NCBI GenBank assembly: GCA_003858585.1
Contig: RQZE01000007.1
Coordinates: 120,001 to 152,000 of the forward strand
DNA length: 32,000 bases
From: Erysipelotrichaceae bacterium OH741_COT-311
GTDB lineage: Bacteria > Bacillota_I > Bacilli_A > Erysipelotrichales > Erysipelotrichaceae
Direction of reading: 5' to 3'
Within the stretch, counting starts at the first letter, position 1, and the number at the start of each line of letters is the position of its first letter. This document shows positions 12,931 through 20,427 of this stretch, piece by piece. The notes below the pieces were generated by a model that made no database searches, was not told the origin of the DNA, and saw only the letters and a program-made list of their open reading frames with translations. Both the position numbers and the translations under genes were made by a program.

Positions 12931-12960
12931 TAGATAAAAAACGACCAAAACGGTCGTTTA
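12931..12960 (-). terminator. Rho-independent terminator of argS
   Basis: The minus strand reads AAACGACC-GTTTT-GGTCGTTT followed by TTTATC. The stem overlaps the argS stop codon. Confidence 0.75.
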
Positions 12961-14598
12961 CATCTTTTCAGGCGCACTAATCCCTACTAAATCTAAGGCA
13001 TTTGCTAATGTAATCTTTGTCGCAACTAACAAACCTAAACGTTGATTCGTTAGTTCCGGATTACTTGCATCCATGATTTTATGAGCTCCATAAAAACTAT
13101 GGAAATAACTTGCTAATTTTTGAATATAGTTACAAATCTTATTTGGAGAACGTGTGGCAGCAGCATCACCAACCACACCAACAAATTCATTGATATACTT
13201 TAATAAATCAACTTCTTTTTCACTAGTTAATAAATCATATTTTTCAAGTGATTTAAATTCACCAGCTTGTCTTAAAATGGAACAGATACGCGCATGCGCA
13301 TATTGAGCATAGTACACCGGATTTTCATTTGTCTTTTTACGTGCTAAGCCTAAGTCAAAATCTAAATGAGTGTCCACAGCACGACTTACAAAGAAATAAC
13401 GAGCTGCATCAATACCGATATCATCGCATAATTCACGAATAGTAATGGCATTCCCTGTACGCTTACTCATCTTCACTTCCGCACCGTTTTCAACAAGACG
13501 AACCATTTGAATAATATCTACTTCTAAATCTTTTGGACCATAGCCACAAGCTTGGATGGCTGCCACCATACGAGGAATATACCCATGGTGATCTGCACCC
13601 CAAAGATTTACTAATTTTGTATAACCACGTTCAAATTTATACATGTGATTTGCAATATCCGGTGTTAAGTATGTTAATGTGCCATCTGCTTTACGCAATA
13701 CACGATCTTTATCATCGCCCCATTTTGTTGACTTAAACCATAAAGCACCATCTTCTTCATATGTTAAACCCATTTTATTCATGCGTTCAATGATTTCATC
13801 CACACGACCATCATCGTAAAGACCTTGCTCACTTACCCAAGAATCAAAATCACAACGATAGTAATCTAAATCTTCTTTGATTTTTTCCAATTCTTTATTA
13901 CGTCCGGCTTCCTTAAAGAATTCAATACGTCCTTCTTCTTTATGTAGCCAAATATCTCCAAGCTCTTTAGCAAGTTCAATACCGATTTCTTTGACATCTT
14001 GTCCCATGTAACCATCTTCCGGAATATCTACATGAACCCCAAAATATTCAGCATAACGAGCATAAACCGATTTACCTAAGTTAATCATTTGAGCTCCGGC
14101 ATCATTAATGTAATACTCTCTTAAGCAATCATACCCACTCTTCATTAATAAGCGACAAATACAATCACCCCAAGCAGCACCACGAGCATGACCCAAATGC
14201 AAGTTTCCCGTTGGATTCGCACTAACATATTCCACCAAAATGCGTAAGCCATCACCGGTGTTATTTTTACCATAATCACTACCTTCATTAATAACAGTAT
14301 TAATAACAGCAGCTAATGATTCTTTTTTCATCCAGAAGTTAATAAAACCAGGACCTGCAATTTCAATCTTATCTAAATCTTCTACTGTTTGTTCTAGCTC
14401 AGCCTTAATTTCATTTGCAATCATTGCCGGTGCCTTCTTACATACTTTTGCCAAACGCATCGCAATGTTTGTAGAATAATCACCATTGGTATTATCTTTA
14501 GGGATTTCTACCATAATTAAAGAATCATCTTCTACTTGATATAGTTTTAAAACGGCATCTTTAATATTTGTTTTTAATTTTTGATCAATCTTACTCAT
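12958..14598 (-). CDS. argS: Arginine--tRNA ligase
   Basis: The class I HIGH motif reads NPTGNLHLGH and the KMSKS motif reads MSKRTG. I place the start at ATG 14598 (MSKIDQ...) because GGAGGG lies just upstream; the track's earlier ATG sits inside that RBS. Confidence 0.95.
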   Translation of the reverse strand: MSKIDQKLKTNIKDAVLKLYQVEDDSLIMVEIPKDNTNGDYSTNIAMRLAKVCKKAPAMIANEIKAELEQTVEDLDKIEIAGPGFINFWMKKESLAAVINTVINEGSDYGKNNTGDGLRILVEYVSANPTGNLHLGHARGAAWGDCICRLLMKSGYDCLREYYINDAGAQMINLGKSVYARYAEYFGVHVDIPEDGYMGQDVKEIGIELAKELGDIWLHKEEGRIEFFKEAGRNKELEKIKEDLDYYRCDFDSWVSEQGLYDDGRVDEIIERMNKMGLTYEEDGALWFKSTKWGDDKDRVLRKADGTLTYLTPDIANHMYKFERGYTKLVNLWGADHHGYIPRMVAAIQACGYGPKDLEVDIIQMVRLVENGAEVKMSKRTGNAITIRELCDDIGIDAARYFFVSRAVDTHLDFDLGLARKKTNENPVYYAQYAHARICSILRQAGEFKSLEKYDLLTSEKEVDLLKYINEFVGVVGDAAATRSPNKICNYIQKLASYFHSFYGAHKIMDASNPELTNQRLGLLVATKITLANALDLVGISAPEKM

Positions 14599-14610
14599 CT
14601 TACCCTCCAT

Positions 14611-14645
14611 ATAAAATAAAAACTGTTAATATGATTAACAGTTTA
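14611..14645 (-). terminator. Terminator-like hairpin between tRNA-Arg and the argS RBS
   Basis: The minus strand reads AACTGTTAAT-CAT-ATTAACAGTT (a perfect 10-bp stem with only 2 GC pairs) followed by TTTATTTTAT. The GGAGGG RBS of argS comes immediately after. Confidence 0.6.
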
Positions 14646-14654
14646 ATTTACTAT

Positions 14655-14731
14655 TGGCGCGCCCAGTAGGACTTGAACCCGCAACCTTTTGATCCGTAGT
14701 CAAACGCTCTATCCAGTTGAGCTATGGGCGC
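14655..14731 (-). tRNA. tRNA-Arg (anticodon ACG), copy 1, CCA encoded
   Basis: Reverse complement: GCGCCCATAGCTCAACTGGATAGAGCGTTTGACTACGGATCAAAAGGTTGCGGGTTCAAGTCCTACTGGGCGCGCCA. It folds as a cloverleaf with anticodon loop CUACGGA and discriminator G73. There is one C-A mismatch in the T stem. Identical to copy 2. Confidence 0.93.
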
Positions 14732-14743
14732 ATCTTCCTTATA

Positions 14744-14772
14744 ATAATAACAAATTAAATTCAGTTAATCAA
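14744..14772 (-). promoter_or_regulatory. Candidate promoter for tRNA-Arg copy 1 (TTGATT-17-TATTAT with upstream TG)
   Basis: The minus strand reads TTGATTAACTGAATTTAATTTGTTATTAT, directly after the T-box terminator U-tract. The -10 ends 12 nt before the tRNA 5' end. AT-rich DNA makes chance matches likely. Confidence 0.35.
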
Positions 14773-14773
14773 T

Positions 14774-14990
14774 AAAAAAAATCTCTTTTTACAAAAGAGA
14801 CGAAAAAACCGCGGTACCACTCTAATTGCCAGTATAAAAACTGACCACCTCTTTTTTAACGCAAAGTTACGCCTACCTTACTTTCATACAGCAGGATCTC
14901 CAAAGCTCGTTTCATCTAATCACCATATCTTCTTCCACCATACAAGACTCGCTTTTATGTCACTTAGATTACTACTCTTTTTCATCGATA
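14774..14990 (-). promoter_or_regulatory. T-box leader RNA (tRNA-sensing transcription attenuator) with intrinsic terminator
   Basis: Minus-strand elements, in order: K-turn AUCGAUGA; S-turn strand AGUAGUA; AG bulge AGCGAGUC; distal loop UGGUGGAAG; specifier strand GAAACGAG (14913..14906); stem III. The T-box motif AGAGUGGUACCGCGG (14823..14809) forms the antiterminator AGAG[UGGUACC]GCG..CGUCUCU. The terminator is UCUCUUUU-GUA-AAAAGAGA plus U8 (14802..14774). Confidence 0.9.
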
Positions 14991-14995
14991 CATCA

Positions 14996-15024
14996 ACATT
15001 ACATGAAACCTATCACAATGTCAA
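14996..15024 (-). promoter_or_regulatory. Sigma-A promoter of the T-box leader (TTGACA-17-TAATGT)
   Basis: The minus strand reads TTGACATTGTGATAGGTTTCATGTAATGT, immediately downstream of the tRNA-operon terminator. Confidence 0.65.
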
Positions 15025-15043
15025 GGATAACCTAGCATTTCAC

Positions 15044-15072
15044 AAATAAAAAACACTAGAATTTATCTAGTG
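15044..15072 (-). terminator. Rho-independent terminator of the 7-tRNA operon
   Basis: The minus strand reads CACTAGA-TAAAT-TCTAGTG followed by TTTTTTATTT, 14 nt after tRNA-Phe. Confidence 0.8.
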
Positions 15073-15085
15073 CATTTTCTACCAA

Positions 15086-15161
15086 TGGTGGTCCCGGCCG
15101 GAATCGAACCAGCGACACAAGGATTTTCAGTCCTTTGCTCTACCGACTGAGCTACAGGACC
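15086..15161 (-). tRNA. tRNA-Phe (GAA)
   Basis: Reverse complement: GGTCCTGTAGCTCAGTCGGTAGAGCAAAGGACTGAAAATCCTTGTGTCGCTGGTTCGATTCCGGCCGGGACCACCA. Anticodon loop CUGAAAA. Confidence 0.95.
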
Positions 15162-15163
15162 AT

Positions 15164-15240
<77 letters not shown>

Positions 15241-15271
15241 ATATTGTGTAACAGACGTTACATAAATTGAA

Positions 15272-15362
15272 TGGCGGAGGAACTGGGATTCGAACCCAGG
15301 CGCCAGTTTCCCGACCTACCGGTTTTCAAGACCGGACCCTTCAACCACTTGGGTATTCCTCC
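15272..15362 (-). tRNA. tRNA-Ser (UGA), long variable arm
   Basis: Reverse complement: GGAGGAATACCCAAGTGGTTGAAGGGTCCGGTCTTGAAAACCGGTAGGTCGGGAAACTGGCGCCTGGGTTCGAATCCCAGTTCCTCCGCCA. Confidence 0.94.
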
Positions 15363-15379
15363 ATAATTTGTCAATTGAT

Positions 15380-15456
15380 TGGTGGACCCTGTAGGACTCG
15401 AACCTACGACCAACCGGTTATGAGCCGGTAGCTCTGACCAACTGAGCTAAGGGTCC
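15380..15456 (-). tRNA. tRNA with CAU anticodon, probably tRNA-Ile2 (lysidine type); elongator Met not excluded
   Basis: Reverse complement: GGACCCTTAGCTCAGTTGGTCAGAGCTACCGGCTCATAACCGGTTGGTCGTAGGTTCGAGTCCTACAGGGTCCACCA. The body resembles ileX-type tRNAs as I recall them. The anticodon alone cannot decide. Confidence 0.8.
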
Positions 15457-15465
15457 TCACTAAAA

Positions 15466-15542
15466 TGGTAGCGAGGGTGGGACTCGAACCCACGACCTTC
15501 CGGGTATGAACCGAACGCTCTAGCCAACTAAGCTACCTCGCC
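15466..15542 (-). tRNA. Elongator tRNA-Met (CAU)
   Basis: Reverse complement: GGCGAGGTAGCTTAGTTGGCTAGAGCGTTCGGTTCATACCCGGAAGGTCGTGGGTTCGAGTCCCACCCTCGCTACCA. It has a G1-U72 pair and a UUCAUAC loop, like Bacillus elongator Met. Confidence 0.88.
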
Positions 15543-15555
15543 AGCTTAATTTAAC

Positions 15556-15632
15556 TGGTCGGGATGACAGGATTTGAACCTGCGACCCCTTGATCCCAAA
15601 TCAAGTGCACTACCAAGCTGTGCTACATCCCG
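15556..15632 (-). tRNA. tRNA-Pro (UGG)
   Basis: Reverse complement: CGGGATGTAGCACAGCTTGGTAGTGCACTTGATTTGGGATCAAGGGGTCGCAGGTTCAAATCCTGTCATCCCGACCA. Confidence 0.94.
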
Positions 15633-15642
15633 TTAAATTAAA

Positions 15643-15719
15643 TGGCGCGCCCAGTAGGACTTGAACCCGCAACCTTTTGATCCGTAGTCAAACGCTCTAT
15701 CCAGTTGAGCTATGGGCGC
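15643..15719 (-). tRNA. tRNA-Arg (ACG), copy 2, first gene of the 7-tRNA operon
   Basis: The 77-nt sequence is identical to 14655..14731. Confidence 0.93.
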
Positions 15720-15746
15720 ACATACACTAGTTAACAGTGCTTAATT

Positions 15747-15775
15747 ATGATAACAAATTTTAATCGTTATTGCAA
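15747..15775 (-). promoter_or_regulatory. Candidate promoter of the Arg-Pro-Met-Ile2-Ser-fMet-Phe tRNA operon (TTGCAA-17-TATCAT, TG extended)
   Basis: The minus strand reads TTGCAATAACGATTAAAATTTGTTATCAT, about 28 nt upstream of tRNA-Arg copy 2. Confidence 0.5.
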
Positions 15776-15825
15776 GTTATTTTTGCAAATTAATTAAAAT
15801 AATTTTTATCACCAAACTTAGAAAA

Positions 15826-15853
15826 ATTAAAAAAAATCTTTCTTCAAAGATTC
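15826..15853 (-). terminator. Rho-independent terminator of the Cys-Leu tRNA unit
   Basis: The minus strand reads AATCTTT-GAAG-AAAGATT followed by TTTTTTTAATTTTT, 12 nt after tRNA-Leu. Confidence 0.75.
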
Positions 15854-15864
15854 TTTTAACGAAA

Positions 15865-15951
15865 TGGTGGGGATGAAGGGACTTGAACCCTTACGATGTT
15901 TCCATCACCGGATTTTAAGTCCGATGCGTCTACCTATTCCGCCACATCCCC
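15865..15951 (-). tRNA. tRNA-Leu (UAA), long variable arm
   Basis: Reverse complement: GGGGATGTGGCGGAATAGGTAGACGCATCGGACTTAAAATCCGGTGATGGAAACATCGTAAGGGTTCAAGTCCCTTCATCCCCACCA. Confidence 0.94.
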
Positions 15952-15955
15952 ATTC

Positions 15956-16029
15956 TGGAGGTTCCTATCAGATTTGAACTGATGATCACAGAGTTGCAGT
16001 CTATTGCCTTACCACTTGGCTAAGGAACC
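15956..16029 (-). tRNA. tRNA-Cys (GCA)
   Basis: Reverse complement: GGTTCCTTAGCCAAGTGGTAAGGCAATAGACTGCAACTCTGTGATCATCAGTTCAAATCTGATAGGAACCTCCA. Confidence 0.93.
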
Positions 16030-16051
16030 ACTTTCCTTGCTGTGCTTTATA

Positions 16052-16080
16052 ATATTATCAAAACAAGAAACAAAATGCAA
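16052..16080 (-). promoter_or_regulatory. Candidate promoter of the Cys-Leu tRNA unit (TTGCAT-17-TAATAT)
   Basis: The minus strand reads TTGCATTTTGTTTCTTGTTTTGATAATAT, about 22 nt upstream of tRNA-Cys. Confidence 0.45.
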
Positions 16081-16151
16081 GTATTATTTTCAAAAAATTT
16101 AATGTTTTTATTTCTGTTTTCTTCATTTCTTATTTACTTATAAATTAATAT

Positions 16152-16186
16152 TAAAAAGAAAAATGGATGTCCTTTCAGACATCCAT
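16152..16186 (-). terminator. Rho-independent terminator of the pot operon
   Basis: The minus strand reads ATGGATGTC-TGAAAG-GACATCCAT followed by TTTTCTTTTT, immediately after the potD stop. Confidence 0.85.
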
Positions 16187-16190
16187 ACAA

Positions 16191-17279
16191 CTATTTGTTT
16201 TTTACCTTAATCCATAGTGCAGCTAATTTTTCTTTTAATAGCTCTTTATATTGGAATACTTCATCTAATTCATAGTTACTTCTTGGTAAATATGCTTCAT
16301 TACCAAAATATTGACCACCTTCACCACTTAATTCTTCAACAACTTGTTTGTTACTTGAAGTATAACCAACTGTTAATGAGTTATCTTTTGCCGCTTCATA
16401 AGATAACATATAATTTAAAAATTCATGAGCTAAATCCGGACATTGTGCATTCTTTGGAATTACCATACCATCAATCCACATGTTTGTTCCACCCTTTGGC
16501 ATACTATACGCCATATCTTCGTTTTCCGATAAGATGTAAGCGGCATCTCCGCTATAAACAACCGCAATGTCTTTTTCACCATTTGCCATTGCATCAATCA
16601 CTTCATCGGTTACATAAGCCGGATTAATTGTATCATTTACTTTTAATAACCATTGATATGCAGCTTCAATTTCTTCTTCATTTTCTGTATTCATAGAATA
16701 TCCCAATGCTTTAAATGCCATCATAAATGAATCACGTTCTGAATCATATAAGAACGCACGATCTTTTAATGATTCATCTAAAAAAATGTTATAACCTAAT
16801 TCTTCTACTTTTGCAGGATCAATCTTTTCTTTGTTATAAACAATTCCTACTGAACCCCACATATATGGAATTGCATAGTCATTATTTGGATCGTATGGTA
16901 AATTCTTTACTTCATCAGCAATTAATGACATGTTAGGAATTTTTGTTAAATCTAATTTTAATAATAAATCTTCTTTAATCATACGCTCAATTGTATAATC
17001 TGAAGGAATAATAATATCATAGCTATTACCACCTAATAGTTTTGTATACATAGCTTCATTTGAATCAAACAATGAATAATTCACTTTAGCGTTGTATGCT
17101 TTTTCAAAGTTTGAGATTACATGTTCACCAATGTATTCTCCCCAGTTATAGAAATTTAATACATTACAACCAAATTTCTCTTTTGCATCAAATACAACAG
17201 TTGTTGAATCTTTCTTACTACAAGCAACCATTGCAAATGCAAGAATACTTAAAATTACTACCTTAAACACTTTCTTCAT
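16191..17279 (-). CDS. potD: Spermidine/putrescine ABC transporter substrate-binding lipoprotein
   Basis: 362 aa. Lipoprotein signal ILSILAFAMVAC. PotD/PotF-type periplasmic-binding fold. Last gene of potABCD. Confidence 0.88.
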   Translation of the reverse strand: MKKVFKVVILSILAFAMVACSKKDSTTVVFDAKEKFGCNVLNFYNWGEYIGEHVISNFEKAYNAKVNYSLFDSNEAMYTKLLGGNSYDIIIPSDYTIERMIKEDLLLKLDLTKIPNMSLIADEVKNLPYDPNNDYAIPYMWGSVGIVYNKEKIDPAKVEELGYNIFLDESLKDRAFLYDSERDSFMMAFKALGYSMNTENEEEIEAAYQWLLKVNDTINPAYVTDEVIDAMANGEKDIAVVYSGDAAYILSENEDMAYSMPKGGTNMWIDGMVIPKNAQCPDLAHEFLNYMLSYEAAKDNSLTVGYTSSNKQVVEELSGEGGQYFGNEAYLPRSNYELDEVFQYKELLKEKLAALWIKVKNK

Positions 17280-18066
17280 ATTTCTTTCTCCCTCTTTCTT
17301 TAATCAACGGTACTACATTTACAATAATTAGCACAATTGTAATTACGAAAATGATAATACTTGATAATGCATTAATACTTGGGTTAATACGTTTATACAT
17401 CGTATAAACATATATAGATATATTATTTACTCCAGGACCTGTTGTAAAGTATGAAATTACAAAGTCATCAAATGACATCGTAAAAGCAATCAGTGCCCCT
17501 GAAATAATACCCGGCATAATTTGTGGAATGATAACTTTTGTTAAAGCTTGCATCGGGGTACAACCTAAATCTAATGCCGCTTCAGCTAAGTTTTCATCAA
17601 GCTGTCTTAACTTTGGAATAATGGATAACATTACATATGGAATACAAAACACAATATGAGCAATCAATAATGTCATAAATCCTGTTTCAATCATAAAAGA
17701 TGAAAAGAACAACATAAATCCAATTGCTGTGACAATTTCCGGATTCATCATCGGTAAGTTATTTACCTGTGTTACAAACTCTTTTACAATGCGTCTTGAT
17801 TTACTTAAACCAATCGCAGTAATGGTTCCTACGATCGTTGAAACCACCGTTGCAATCAAAGCAATCACAATTGTAAAATATAAAGCTTCCATCATCGTAC
17901 GATTTTCAAACATCTTTTCATACCACTGTAAGGAAAAGCCGGTAAAGTTTGTTAATGACTTTGACTCATTAAAACTAAACACCACAACATAAAGAATTGG
18001 TGCATAGAAAAAGATTAACGCAAGCACTAAATACGCTTTGGCAAAAATACTATTTCCTCTTTTCAT
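17263..18066 (-). CDS. potC: Spermidine/putrescine ABC transporter permease
   Basis: 267 aa with about 6 TM helices. The EAA-loop region reads EAALDLGCTPMQALTKVIIP. Confidence 0.88.
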   Translation of the reverse strand: MKRGNSIFAKAYLVLALIFFYAPILYVVVFSFNESKSLTNFTGFSLQWYEKMFENRTMMEALYFTIVIALIATVVSTIVGTITAIGLSKSRRIVKEFVTQVNNLPMMNPEIVTAIGFMLFFSSFMIETGFMTLLIAHIVFCIPYVMLSIIPKLRQLDENLAEAALDLGCTPMQALTKVIIPQIMPGIISGALIAFTMSFDDFVISYFTTGPGVNNISIYVYTMYKRINPSINALSSIIIFVITIVLIIVNVVPLIKERGRKKYEESV

Positions 18067-18848
18067 TATTTCGCCTCCTTAACATCTTTATCTAATTTTT
18101 TCGTTAAGTACATTGAAGCTAAAATAACAAACGCCATAATCAAGGAAATCGCACTGCCAAAGTTCCAATCTCCTGTTGATACAAAATAATGTTCAATCAA
18201 ATTACCAATCAAGACATAATCTCCTCCACCCAATAGCTTTGGAATAAAGAAACTTGAGACTGCCGGTAAAAAGACTAAAGTAATCCCTGTAATCACCCCT
18301 GGAAGTGATAACGGTAAGGTTACTTTTAAAAACGTTTGAAAGCGATTGGCACCTAAATCAGCACTTGCCGAAAGTAAGCTTTGATCCATTTTCGCTAAGG
18401 ATGTATATACCTGCAAAATCATAAATGGAATAAAGTTATATATCATACCAATATATACTTTTAATTCGTTACTAATTGGCATATTTAATAACAAACCACG
18501 CCATGCATATGTACGCACCAACATATTTGTCCACATTGGAAATGTAATTAATAAAATCATCATGTTACGCTTACTTACATTGAGCTTTGAAATAAAATAA
18601 GCACAAGGATAACCCAATATAATACAAGCAACTGTTGTAAAAAACGCTAGACGTAAAGAGCGTACTAATACGTTTGGAAAAATCGAGTCTTCAAAGAAAC
18701 GTGTAAAATTGGAAAATGTAAATTGTAGTGTTAATACCGAATTCCCCTTTGTAGTAAATGCATATAAGATAATCATAAGCATTGGTACTACAATGAATAT
18801 ACTTATCCATCCGACGTATGGATATACCAGCCTTCTAAATCCCTTCAT
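18066..18848 (-). CDS. potB: Spermidine/putrescine ABC transporter permease
   Basis: 260 aa. The EAA-loop region reads SASADLGANRFQTFLKVTLP. Translationally coupled to potC. Confidence 0.88.
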   Translation of the reverse strand: MKGFRRLVYPYVGWISIFIVVPMLMIILYAFTTKGNSVLTLQFTFSNFTRFFEDSIFPNVLVRSLRLAFFTTVACIILGYPCAYFISKLNVSKRNMMILLITFPMWTNMLVRTYAWRGLLLNMPISNELKVYIGMIYNFIPFMILQVYTSLAKMDQSLLSASADLGANRFQTFLKVTLPLSLPGVITGITLVFLPAVSSFFIPKLLGGGDYVLIGNLIEHYFVSTGDWNFGSAISLIMAFVILASMYLTKKLDKDVKEAK

Positions 18849-18849
18849 C

Positions 18850-20418
18850 TTAAAAACCCATCTTACTCATAACATGAATGTCTTCTTTCGAGAATTTTAA
18901 ACCAACCTTCGCATTCACTTCGACATAATCTGTCGTATGTATTTTGAATTCACGTCCTTTTGTTGCAAAGGTAATCTTATAATCCCCTTCCACAATATTT
19001 TCTTCATCAAAATCATACTTTACATCCCAAATTTCAACACGTGAATCATCTTCTAATGACCACGCCGTTGCATTTGCCCAACGCTTTAAATCCGTATCTA
19101 ACGCAATACTTTCTTTAATTTCATCTACAGTCTTATAAAAATCAAATGCTTGTACTGCTTCTTCATTATTTACATCTTCTGTATATACAGGTTCTACAAC
19201 TGTGATGGTAACTGTAATACTTGTACCATTTGCTGTTGTAAAGGTACATGGATATTGTCCTTTTGCATTTAAAACGTTGTAACTCACTTTACTAATAGAA
19301 ATATCTTCATTATCAAAATCCCAAGCCTGTGCATTAGCACGAGCAATGACTTCACTATTGTTTAAAGAATCTACATCCTCTAAATCCAAGTAGAAATCAC
19401 TGGCACTAATCTTTTCTTTGGCTGCATCATTTACAATATCTTTATTACCTAAGACATGCATCGTTACAGTCTTGGATGTCCCCGAAACTGTCTCCACTAT
19501 AATTTCATAATGAACACCTTTAAATAAGACAGACTTAACTTCACCATTTAATAACCCATGATTACGAGCCACAATATCAATATCTTCCGGACGAATTACA
19601 ATATCGACTTCTTCGTTTTCTTTAAAACCAAAATCTACACAATCGTATTTTTTCTCATCAAATTCAACAACATAATCCTGAATCATTTTTCCATCAATGA
19701 TATTACTCTCTCCAATAAAACGGGCAACATACTCATTTTCCGGTTCATTGTAAATTTCTTCTGGAGATCCAATTTGTTGAATTTCACCATTTTTCATCAC
19801 GACAATCTTATCTGACATTGTTAAAGCTTCTTCTTGATCATGTGTAACAAAGATAAAAGTAATTCCTACTTCTTTTTGAATCTTTTTAAGCTCTAACTGC
19901 ATTTCTTTACGTAATTTTAAATCCAAAGCCCCTAAAGGTTCATCCAGCAGTAAGACACCAGGTTCATTCACCAACGCTCGAGCAATTGCTACACGCTGTT
20001 GTTGACCACCTGATAACTGTGTTACATCACGTTTGCCATAGCCTTCTAAACCTACAAGTGATAACATACGATTTACTTTTTGCTCAATAATATCTTTTGA
20101 AATCTTTTTAAGTTTTAATCCAAAGGCAATGTTGTCATATACATTTAAATGAGGAAACAATGCATACTTTTGAAACACCGTATTAATATCACGCTTATAT
20201 GCAGGAGTATTGGTAATATCTTCGCCATCAAAAATCACTTGTCCTTGATCTTGTTCTAAAAATCCACCTAAAATACGCAATAATGTTGTTTTCCCACAAC
20301 CGGAAGGTCCGAGTAATGTTACAAATTCATTTTCATAAATATCTAAATTAATGCCCTTTAAAACCACTTGTCCATCAAATTGTTTTACTATATTTTTAAA
20401 TTGTATTAACTTTTTCAT
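18850..20418 (-). CDS. potA: Spermidine/putrescine ABC transporter ATPase with a ~170-aa insertion in the C-terminal TOBE-like domain
   Basis: Walker [10 protein letters not shown], signature LSGGQQQR, Walker B LLLDEP. I place the start at ATG 20418 (MKKLIQF), 5 nt after AAGGAG; the track's GTG at 20424 overlaps the RBS. At 522 aa it is markedly longer than E. coli PotA. Confidence 0.9.
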   Translation of the reverse strand: MKKLIQFKNIVKQFDGQVVLKGINLDIYENEFVTLLGPSGCGKTTLLRILGGFLEQDQGQVIFDGEDITNTPAYKRDINTVFQKYALFPHLNVYDNIAFGLKLKKISKDIIEQKVNRMLSLVGLEGYGKRDVTQLSGGQQQRVAIARALVNEPGVLLLDEPLGALDLKLRKEMQLELKKIQKEVGITFIFVTHDQEEALTMSDKIVVMKNGEIQQIGSPEEIYNEPENEYVARFIGESNIIDGKMIQDYVVEFDEKKYDCVDFGFKENEEVDIVIRPEDIDIVARNHGLLNGEVKSVLFKGVHYEIIVETVSGTSKTVTMHVLGNKDIVNDAAKEKISASDFYLDLEDVDSLNNSEVIARANAQAWDFDNEDISISKVSYNVLNAKGQYPCTFTTANGTSITVTITVVEPVYTEDVNNEEAVQAFDFYKTVDEIKESIALDTDLKRWANATAWSLEDDSRVEIWDVKYDFDEENIVEGDYKITFATKGREFKIHTTDYVEVNAKVGLKFSKEDIHVMSKMGF

Positions 20419-20427
20419 ACGCACTCC

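Noticed and set aside
15246-15261. Small hairpin TGTAAC-AGAC-GTTACA in the fMet-Ser tRNA spacer.
   Set aside because: It is a 6-bp stem in a 31-nt spacer. It is most simply a processing-site structure or chance, with no further evidence.
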